Below, piece by piece: positions 47,386 to 56,898 of a stretch of 56,898 nt of DNA. The stretch covers positions 41,082,208 to 41,139,105 of the forward strand of contig NC_068995.1 of NCBI RefSeq assembly GCF_001194135.2, written 5' to 3'. The stretch's first letter is position 1. Each line of letters begins with the position of its first letter. Source of the DNA: Octopus bimaculoides. Taxonomy: Eukaryota. The notes beneath the pieces were generated by a model that did not search any database, had not been told where the DNA came from, and saw only the letters and a program-made list of their open reading frames with translations. The translations under genes and the position numbers were made by a program.

Positions 47386-48230
47386 TATTTAAGTGTATCG
47401 AGTAGCAAGTTTTGTCTCTTGTTCACGTGTCTCCCTCTATATTTATTTCAGAAATCAGTATCAATGTCGTGATCGATAGAATAAATACCAGTCATGTACT
47501 GGATCGATATAATCAATCTCCAGTCCTTCGAATTATACTTGAAATCATATATATTAATGAAACAATATCGATTTACCGTGGTGGGTTTGTGGAAGGGTGA
47601 AAGCATGGGAGGACAGAAAGGGGGAAGGGGAGGCAGGAGAAAAGGAAGGAAACATTTGGGTGATTTGATTGGCTGGTTGGTTGGTCAGTTGGTCGGTCGG
47701 CTGGCTGGTCAGTTAGGTGGTTGCCTGGTTGGATGGTTGGTTGGTTGGATAGCAGGGTGGCTGTTGGCTGGTTGGCTGGTTCATGTCTACCCGGTTTACC
47801 TATTTATAACGCTATCTTGAGTCGTTACTTCTGCAGTCAGCCACGCACTTCTTATCTCACCAACTTTGCTGCCGTTCTCTACTCGCACACACACACACAC
47901 ACACACACCCACCAACACACATGCACACGCACACACACATTCATTCACACTTACACACATATACATACATACATTCATACTTCTACATTCTCAACCATTA
48001 ACATTTAGCAGACCTCCCACTTCACCCCTCAATAGCCACCTTCCACACAGTTTACTCCTCCCACTGCTTATTACAAAGCTGTCTAGAGTTACATACATGC
48101 GTGTATGTGTATGTATATATATTTATATACACACATACATACACAAACTCAAATGCACACATAAACATACATACATACATACATACGCACAACACAACAG
48201 AAGGCTATTGTCAAGCAAAAACATCAAATA

Positions 48231-48458
48231 TTGGGTTGTCCGGAAAGTTCGTGCCTATCTTTAAAGGAAAGAAAAAGGTCAATAAAAACTTGCCATTACA
48301 TTTTTAATCAACCAAATATGAACCATTTTGTTGCACAATGCGTCTCCATCTTTCCTTCAACTTGAAAATACCCTCTTCCCAGAATTGAGGTGGTTTCATG
48401 GCAAATAAATCGAAAGGTAAGCTACTATAAATCGGCACGAACTTTCCGGACAACCTAA
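48231..48458 (-). mobile_element. Internally deleted mariner (228 bp) with TA TSD
   Basis: TIR TT(G/A)GGTTGTCCGGAAAGTTCGTGCC at both ends with flanking TA; minus frame FAMKPPQFWEEGIFKLKERWRRIVQQNGSYLVD* is a mariner transposase C-terminus. Confidence 0.92.
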
Positions 48459-49284
48459 TACTAATATAACCATCNNNNNNNNNNNNNNNNNNNNNNNNNN
48501 NNNNNNNNNNNNNNNNNNNNNNNNNNNNNNNNNNNNNNNNNNNNNNNNNNNNNNNNNNNNNNNNNNNNNNNNNNNNNNNNNNNNNNNNNNNNNNNNNNNN
48601 NNNNNNNNNNNNNNNNNNNNNNNNNNNNNNNNNNNNNNNNNNNNNNNNNNNNNNNNNNNNNNNNNNNNNNNNNNNNNNNNNNNNNNNNNNNNNNNNNNNN
48701 NNNNNNNNNNNNNNNNNNNNNNNNNNNNNNNNNNNNNNNNNNNNNNNNNNNNNNNNNNNNNNNNNNNNNNNNNNNNNNNNNNNNNNNNNNNNNNNNNNNN
48801 NNNNNNNNNNNNNNNNNNNNNNNNNNNNNNNNNNNNNNNNNNNNNNNNNNNNNNNNNNNNNNNNNNNNNNNNNNNNNNNNNNNNNNNNNNNNNNNNNNNN
48901 NNNNNNNNNNNNNNNNNNNNNNNNNNNNNNNNNNNNNNNNNNNNNNNNNNNNNNNNNNNNNNNNNNNNNNNNNNNNNNNNNNNNNNNNNNNNNNNNNNNN
49001 NNNNNNNNNNNNNNNNNNNNNNNNNNNNNNNNNNNNNNNNNNNNNNNNNNNNNNNNNNNNNNNNNNNNNNNNNNNNNNNNNNNNNNNNNNNNNNNNNNNN
49101 NNNNNNNNNNNNNNNNNNNNNNNNNNNNNNNNNNNNNNNNNNNNNNNNNNNNNNNNNNNNNNNNNNNNNNAAATATTAGAAGTAAAAGATAATTGGGTCA
49201 CGCAAGGGGCACGTAGGGGGTCAGCCGAGGTTTTGTCGGTGGCGCACGTGATTGTGACTTCATGTTTGTTAAAGCTGTGTAAAG

Positions 49285-49617
49285 ATGATGGCGACGACGA
49301 CGATAATGATGATGGTGATGATGACGACGATGATGGTGATGGTGATGATGATGATGACGGCGATAATAATGGGGATGATGATGACGACGACGACGACAAC
49401 AACGGTGATGATGACGATTGTGATGATGATGATGATGGTGATGACGATGGTGATGATGATGATGATGATGATGATGACGACGACGATGATGATAATGATA
49501 TGATGACGATGATGACGAAGAGGATGGAGATTTTGATGGCTATCACGACGACGACGACGACGGCGATGATGACGATGATGATGATGATGATGATGATGAC
49601 GATGACGATGATGATAA
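49285..49617. repeat. (GAT/GAC)n trinucleotide low-complexity tract
   Basis: Direct reading. Confidence 0.95.
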
Positions 49618-50014
49618 TACCTTGGCAACAGCTTGGATACGATCAGTTGCTAAGGTTTGGTTTCTTTAAATATATTCTGTTTCAAACTGAAGTTGGGGAT
49701 TATCGATTCCGCTTCTTAATGTGATCTAATCACGCTCAGTCACGCATTTACACACACATGTGCAAACACACACATATAAGTGTGTGAATCTGTGTGTATT
49801 TACATTGCGGATACACACAAATATATATGAATATGTATGTATATCTACCTACTTTTCTCCCCACCTCGCTACCTACCTGCCTGCCTACATACCTACTTAC
49901 CTTCATACATTTACACACACACACACACACACGTATATGAATCATGTAACTATTGAAGTAAAGAAGTACCAAGTCAGTGCCCAAGTAATTTCTTTTAATG
50001 TATATGTGTATATG

Positions 50015-50059
<45 letters not shown>

Positions 50060-50737
50060 NNNNNNNNNNNNNNNNNNNNNNNNNNNNNNNNNNNNNNNNN
50101 NNNNNNNNNNNNNNNNNNNNNNNNNNNNNNNNNNNNNNNNNNNNNNNNNNNNNNNNNNNNNNNNNNNNNNNNNNNNNNNNNNNNNNNNNNNNNNNNNNNN
50201 NNNNNNNNNNNNNNNNNNNNNNNNNNNNNNNNNNNNNNNNNNNNNNNNNNNNNNNNNNNNNNNNNNNNNNNNNNNNNNNNNNNNNNNNNNNNNNNNNNNN
50301 NNNNNNNNNNNNNNNNNNNNNNNNNNNNNNNNNNNNNNNNNNNNNNNNNNNNNNNNNNNNNNNNNNNNNNNNNNNNNNNNNNNNNNNNNNNNNNNNNNNN
50401 NNNNNNNNNNNNNNNNNNNNNNNNNNNNNNNNNNNNNNNNNNNNNNNNNNNNNNNNNNNNNNNNNNNNNNNNNNNNNNNNNNNNNNNNNNNNNNNNNNNN
50501 NNNNNNNNNNNNNNNNNNNNNNNNNNNNNNNNNNNNNNNNNNNNNNNNNNNNNNNNNNNNNNNNNNNNNNNNNNNNNNNNNNNNNNNNNNNNNNNNNNNN
50601 NNNNNNNNNNNNNNNNNNNNNNNNNNNNNNNNNNNNNNNNNNNNNNNNNNNNNNNNNNNNNNNNNNNNNNNNNNNNNNNNNNNNNNNNNNNNNNNNNNNN
50701 NNNNNNNNNNNNNNNNNNNNNNNNNNNNNNNNNNNNN

Positions 50738-50792
<55 letters not shown>

Positions 50793-50982
50793 CTGGATGT
50801 AGCATTAAAAGTTTTTATATTTTACACGGCCGATGGTGTGGCGCAAGTGAAGTTAGTGAAGTGGTAACGATGTCTTTAAGGAACTAATTTTGTAATGGTT
50901 TGTTCAGTCCGCTTCATGGTTTGAATTGGTGCACTCGGCGTTTAAGAATTCTCTGGAAGCGTTTATTAAGAAGGCTGAATCT

Positions 50983-51017
<35 letters not shown>

Positions 51018-51267
51018 TATACACATGCACACAAATACACACCCATGCACGCACACACATACAAACATGCGTACATGCATACACATTTATGTGTGTGTCT
51101 TATTCTCTTTTTTATTATTCAATAGTATTCTTTTTAGGACGTGGGTCCCAGCTTCTAACAAAGAAACGAAAACTCTATCACTAGAATTTGTACAACCACT
51201 ACAATAATAATTGTAAAACCTAACAAAATTGAAACCTAAAAAAATGTCTTGCAAATTTTTTACTATA

Positions 51268-51654
51268 GGCGTCGGAGTGGCTGTGTGGTAAGAAGCATGA
51301 TTACCAACCACATGGTTCCGGGTTCAGTCCCATTGCGTGGCACCTTGGGCAAGTGTCTTCTACTATAGCCTCAGACTGACCAAAGCCTTGTGAGTGGATT
51401 TAGTAGACAGAAACTGAAAGAAGCCCGTCGTGTATATGTATATGTGTGTTTGTGTGTCTGTCTCACCAACAGCGCTTGACAACCGATGGTGGTGTGTTTA
51501 CGTCCCCGTAACTTAGTGGTTCGGCAAAAGAGACCGATAGAATAAGTACTAAGCTTACAAAGAATAAGTCCTGGGGTCGATTTGCTCGACTAAAGGCGGT
51601 GCTCCAGCATGGCCGCAGTCAAATGACTGAAACAAGTAAAAGAGAGTAAAAGAG
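51268..51654 (+). mobile_element. SINE A, full length, short internal microsatellite
   Basis: Complete ungapped copy; best local reference for family A. Confidence 0.95.
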
Positions 51655-51659
51655 ATTCA

Positions 51660-51940
51660 ACTTACAGATTTTATCTGCTAAATTCATGTTTGTCAATGTT
51701 TTTCATTGCTTCAAAATCCTAGCTTCCTTCATCAAATTGTCACACAGATATTTACTCATATAGCTAAGTGTACCTATGATTATTGGTATAAATATAAATT
51801 GATAATCAGGGTAGAAGAACTACAAATTTCGAAGCAGTTGTCCATGGATATTATCCTTTTCACTCATTTTGGAGAAATGATCACATCTGCCGAGCAACTT
51901 AACTTCGCTGACAGTAAAGTTTGCAATTGGTAGATGTGTT
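51660..51940 (-). pseudogene. R4/Dong-type RLE LINE C-terminal fragment
   Basis: Minus: EKDNIHGQLLRNL*FFYPDYQFIFIPIIIGTLSY, typical of the RLE C-terminus of this LINE group. Confidence 0.75.
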
Positions 51941-52624
51941 TTACCAATATTCATTCGTTGATATGTATGCATGCATTCCGTAGCAGTGAGGTACGTTTAT
52001 ATGTATCTCAGGGCAGGAAAGTCTTTTCACCAGATAGTCTTGTGTGTATGCATGTATCTATGTATGTATAGTGATGTTAATAAGTGTCGAGGATTTTCGA
52101 GAAGGCCGAGGGAGATTACTGTCGTTAGATCCCATTTTCGTTTTCTTTCTTGCTTGACCGCCAGGGGTCACTACATAACTCCCTCCTCAGACGAGAAGTC
52201 GATAAACAAAATCATTGTAGTGATGCAGGGCATGTACGAAGCAAAACGAGGTAGCGGAAAAATGTGCTTGTAAAACAATCATGATGGGTACTGAATATAA
52301 TTGCAGAGTTTGATGCAGCAAACCTTTAGCCACGCAGTTATGCACACCAAACTAAATGCAAAACATGGCAATATGAAAAATACAATGTGAAACGTGCATG
52401 GGAAAAATGTTTTTGAATAAACGTTCTTTTGTAAAAGAAATAGCAAACAGTTTGTTTTGTAACACAACGTTAAGTATAAATAGTTCTGGATAATTTTTGT
52501 GGCCAATGTACTGTTCTGTCACTTCTTGTGATATAAGGTTTAGAGGTATGTTGTGTCTGCGGTGCATGTGACGGTGTTGGTGTAGAAATGAATGTGCGTG
52601 GTATGTCAGGTTCTGGAATGCGAT

Positions 52625-53150
52625 TTTCTGAGAAAGCTTTTTCTTTATTCTGTCGATGGATATTGTTTCTGTTCGACCATTAACGTCGACTATGAAGTTT
52701 TTTGGTGAGTGCGACAGTACACGATAAGGGTCCAGAATAAAGTGATGTAAGAGGTCCTTTAACGGAGTCGTTCCGAATAAAAACATGTGTCCATTAAGAG
52801 ATGTATGATGGGACAGCAGAAGAAATGGATTGGTTCCGCGGAGACATTGGTGGACGATTGGAGAAGTAAGAACGAAGTCCGTTGCCGTATGATGTCGTAT
52901 CAGAATCTGATGAATCAACTGGTGTGAACATTTGATCGGGAAACATCAAGGTAGTGCAGTAAAGAAGTTCGGCTGAGGAGAAACCTAAATCTGTCTTAAC
53001 AGCGGAACGGCAACCGAGAAGAACAATTGGTAGGAATTTGGTCCAACGTTGCGGATCAGGAGTAGCGCGTAGTGCAGCTTTTAACTGTCTGTGTAATCGT
53101 TCTATCATTCCATTGGAAGCTGCGTGATAACTTGTTGTATGAATTCGATG
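52625..53150 (-). pseudogene. Gypsy integrase C-terminal half (frameshifted)
   Basis: RIHTTSYHAASNGMIERLHRQLKAAL..WTKFLPIVLLGCRSAVKTDLGFSSAELLY..THVFIRNDSVK..YSG/PYRVL..FIVDVNGRTETISIDRIK (GPY/F region). Confidence 0.92.
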
Positions 53151-53234
53151 AGTGTAGTATGGCGTCGATTTACCACGTGCTGTGGGTTGTGTATTCAAAA
53201 ATCGGGTTCACTATTTTGTAGCGGCTATCGTGTT

Positions 53235-53252
53235 CTGACGTCGGGGTTACCA
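53235..53252 (-). promoter_or_regulatory. Primer-binding site complementary to tRNA-Trp
   Basis: TGGTAACCCCGACGTCAG versus TGGTGACCCCGACGTGAT (reverse complement of the eukaryotic tRNA-Trp 3' end as recalled), 15/18, 3 nt inside the LTR. Confidence 0.75.
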
Positions 53253-54273
53253 TTTTATAGTGAATATCAGCAAGTGACATCCTATATTTTTTTATAAATG
53301 CATGCAAGAAACAGGGGTCACCATCTTGTACGTAAACAAGAGAATAAGAATTTGTAAAACGTTCGTAATAAGTCGTAACATTTATTACTGGACGTAATGC
53401 GTTAATATATAAGGTTAATAGAAAAAAAAGCTTGTAACATCACATGAACATATTTTGCAACCAAATGTCTCTAAGCAAATAAGGCGAACATCCGCGCATG
53501 CGAGTGGTGTGACTCAATGCACGTCTAGAAACCGACAGGCAAGAGTGACGCGAAATTAGAACGTGTTCCTTTATGAACCGGAAGTCCCTGACTTCACGTC
53601 ATCTGGAAGTTAATTGGAAGCTTCTAGAATGTGCGAGAATTTTCGAGAAGGTCGAAGGAGATTACTCTCGTTACATCCCTTTATCGTTTTGCTTTCCTTT
53701 TTGACCGACAGGGGTCTCTACATATGTGTGTATGTATGTATGTATGTATGTATGTATGTATGTATGTATGTATGCATGCATGCATGTTTTAAGTTAAGAG
53801 AGTTTCTGATGTTTGTAAATATGTGGTTGTCGAGATGTGTTGGGTAAGCTGTCGATGTACACACTGAAGTGTGCGCATTTATTTACCTAAAAAAATCTCA
53901 AATGGAAAATCTTTTGAATGTCTTACAAATTTTCACTTTGCCACTAATATAGTGGAATTCGCGAAGCCGCGTCAGTTTCTTTTGTTTTTTCTTCGAAAAA
54001 TCTAGTATTTCTATGTTTTTGTGTAAATTTGTATGTATGTATGTATGTATGTTGTATCTAGCTATCTACATATATAGATATATGTATGTATATATATANN
54101 NNNNNNNNNNNNNNNNNNNNNNNNNNNNNNNNNNNNNNNNNNNNNNNNNNNNNNNNNNNNNNNNNNNNNNNNNNNNNNNNNNNNNNNNNNNNNNNNNNNN
54201 NNNNNNNNNNNNNNNNNNNNNNNNNNNNNNNNNNNNNNNNNNNNNNNNNNNNNNNNNNNNNNNNNNNNNNNNN

Positions 54274-54314
<41 letters not shown>

Positions 54315-54964
54315 CATATATATATACATACACACACGCACGCACACACATATACATACATACATACATACATACATACATGCATGCATATGTATGCATG
54401 CATGTATCTATGTGTGTATATACACATATATATCTATACATGCACGCACACTTCTGTGCAGAATTAAATTATAGCTATTTATTCCCGCAATTTTCAATGA
54501 AGTTTGCTAACCAATGATAACAAAACCAATGTTGAGACGCTCTTTAATAAATCTCTCGTTAACAAAGACAAAATTCTACAAATTGGCTTCCAACTTATAA
54601 GAAATTAGTGAAATTGGAGCAAACTCTAGCAATTAATTGGTGGTGATAACAGATTGGCTACGACCTATATAATATATATGCATGTATAATTAATAAAAAT
54701 TAAAAAAATTAAAAAACAGTAGCCAAACACCTGCAAGCGAATATGACTTGCTAACACGTACCAAACTTTCACTAATTGTTTCAGGTACCCGTGTACTTGC
54801 GAGCAGACATAGCTACCCTGTGTCGGCCCCCTCACCTTTGACTTTGCGCGCCGTATCGAGGTTGCAAGAGGCGATGGGATTTTCGACACAGTGGATGGGA
54901 TCAATGCGTGCTCAGTGACACAACGTATGCATATTATTATTATTATTATTCAGGCGTTCCGCAC

Positions 54965-55712
54965 GGCAGCGAGCTGGCAGAATCGTCAGTAAAACGCTTA
55001 GCGGCATTTCGCCCGTTTCTACGTTCTGAGTTCAATATCCGTCGAGGCTGACTTTGCCTTTCATCCTTTCGGGGTCGATAAATTAAGTACCAGTGAAGCA
55101 TTGGGGATCGATGTAATCGACTAGTTCCCTCCCCCAAAATTTCAGGCCTTGTGCCTTTAGTAGAAAGGATTATGTAGGCGTTCTTTGATGTTCTGAGTAC
55201 ATCTGTTCATCGAGATAAACTTTACCTGTTCATCGTTCTGTGGTCAATAGTATAAAGTACCAGTAACATAATGGTTTCAAATTTTGTCATAAGGCCAGCA
55301 GGTGTGGAGAAGGGTCTAAGTAGATTGTATCGACCCCAGTGCTCAACTAGTACTTATTTTATCGACCTCGAAAAGATGAAGGGCAATGTCCACCTCGGCG
55401 GAATTTGGACTCGGAACGTAAAAACGGACGAAATGCCGCTAAACATTTTGTCCGGCGTGCTAACAATTCTTCCAGTTCCTCACCTTAATAATAATATTAG
55501 CTTTTAGTTTTGGCACAAGGCCAGCATTTTTGGTGAAGGGATAAGTCGATTCCATCAACCTCAGTGTTCAACTGGAATTTATTTTATCGACCCCGAAAGG
55601 GTGAAAGGCTAAGTCGACCGTGGCGGAATTTGAACTGAAAACATGAAGACGGATGAAATGCCGCTAAACATTTTGCTCGGCGTGCTAACGATTCTGAGCG
55701 CTCGCTCGCCGA
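54965..55712. mobile_element. Cluster of three SINE C copies (plus 54965-55175; minus 55272-55490 and 55505-55712)
   Basis: Each carries the C head and central domain. Confidence 0.85.
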
Positions 55713-56465
55713 TTTCAGTACCAGTAATATAATGGTATAAAGAACAATGATATATAAAGTATCGACCTTTATCCCACCACAACCAGACTTCTATACAGAT
55801 GTTTGGTCTTGTATCCATGTTAGAAATCCTCACGATGCTGCCTCATGGCAAGCATGGCCTAGGAGAACAAAATCTGCTTTGAATCTGTGCATCTGAAGGT
55901 CATGTACAAAATTTTGGTTAAGGTCACTTTAAGGACAGGCTGGGTTTTTATGTGCTGGTGAACTTGTTTAGCACTGGCATCGAGAAGGTGGTCAAGCAGT
56001 CGCAGTTCTTTACCAGTTGGTTATCACTGTCGGCGATACATCAACCATTACATTCTATTCAAGATTAGAGGTGGACTGATATTTATTTCAGTTTACCGTG
56101 AGTTCCGAGTTCAAACCTCACCGAAGTCAACTTCATCTTACATCCTTTGGGAGTCGATAAAACGAAATTCCAATCGAGGTTGTTGGATTGGTAAACTGAT
56201 TAGGAAGGCGGGACAGTTACCTTGTGGTATTCGAAGTGTTTACGTTCTGAATTGTAGTGGTAGACTTGACCCTTCAGCACCACCTGGTCCTTCGACCCCT
56301 TTAATTGACTTCATTTTATCGCAAACATTCGAAGTTTGCCGTTGGTTGCAAACTTCCTCTCTGACCCAAATAGTTTCGGAGGCCTTAACCGAACTCTGAC
56401 ACTTCCTTGACTTAACGGCAAATAGATAAAATACAATAACAGACCTTACCGCTTTATCATAGACC

Positions 56466-56535
56466 AGTAGGTTCTCAACCAGGATTCACATGACCCATGA
56501 TGGTCCATGTATGATTTTCGGGGGTCCACACAAGC
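56466..56535 (+). mobile_element. hAT/Charlie-like MITE left end, cut by a SINE A insertion
   Basis: CAGTAGGTTCTCAACC terminus and GGGGGTCCAC subterminal motif as in the 27105 element. Confidence 0.4.
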
Positions 56536-56574
56536 AAAAGAGTGAAAGAAAAATCATCTGTAGTATTTTAAGAG

Positions 56575-56898
56575 TTCTCTTTTACTCTTTACTCTTTTAC
56601 TTGTTTCAGTTATTTGACTGCGGCCATGCTGGAGCACCGCCTTTAGTCGAGAAAATCGACCCCAGGACTTATTCTTTGGAAGCCTAGTACTTATTCTATC
56701 TGCTTCTTTTTGCCGAACCGCTAAGTTACGGGGACGTAAACACACCACCATCGGTTGTCAAGCGATGTTGGAGGGACAGACACAGACACACAAACATATA
56801 CACACACATACATATATGTATATACATATATACGACAGGCTTCTTTCAGTTTCCGTCTACCAAATCCACTCACAAGGCTTTGGTCGGCCCGAGGCTAT
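56575..56898 (-). mobile_element. SINE A (runs off window end)
   Basis: Match to A consensus. Confidence 0.92.

Larger units (their letters stand above)
52067..53722 (-). mobile_element. Internally deleted Gypsy-type LTR retrotransposon
   Basis: 5' LTR 53256-53722 and deleted 3' LTR 52067-52175 (TGTAG.GACCCC..TCACTATA); PBS 53235-53252; PPT GAGGAGGGAG about 52179-52188; TATG on both flanks. Confidence 0.85.

Noticed and set aside
49233-49724. Poly-Asp / poly-His / poly-Met ORFs
   Set aside because: (GAT/GAC)n microsatellite.
53314-53323. Second TGGTGACCCC PBS-like motif
   Set aside because: Lies inside the 5' LTR, resembles the LTR's own GTGACCCCTG start and matches only 10 nt.
54786-54916. 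Possible exon after CACTAATTGTTTCAG
   Set aside because: All frames stop before a convincing donor, and the peptide is not recognisable.

Overview
Eukaryotic, AT-rich, gene-poor draft-assembly window with about 6.7 kb of N gaps and dense microsatellites ((TA)n, (TG)n, (TATG)n, (GATA)n, (AAT)n, (CT)n). The SINE families match what I remember as typical of Octopus (inference; no search run). No host protein-coding gene can be called with confidence, and most listed ORFs are microsatellite or gap artefacts. What the window does contain: four tRNA-derived SINE families (called A-D here), decayed RTE and R4/Dong-type LINE fragments, an internally deleted Gypsy LTR element with both LTRs, PBS and PPT, mariner and hAT MITEs, an unclassified MITE with 6-bp target duplications, and a deleted 5S rRNA copy fused to an (AAT)n-tailed retroposon. 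Most interesting observations: (1) a minimal type-I hammerhead-ribozyme fold whose core C3:G8 pair is swapped to G3:C8 (29712-29762, minus), plus further degenerate hammerhead-like motifs; (2) two copies of a foldback element with (TTAGGG)n-(CCCTAA)n arms inside long TIRs; (3) the 5S-retroposon chimera; (4) a tandem array built from a SINE Pol III A-box; (5) an RTE 3' end with three C2H2 fingers that is hidden by a gap artefact. All coordinates and alignments were read by eye, and family assignments rest on remembered motifs.
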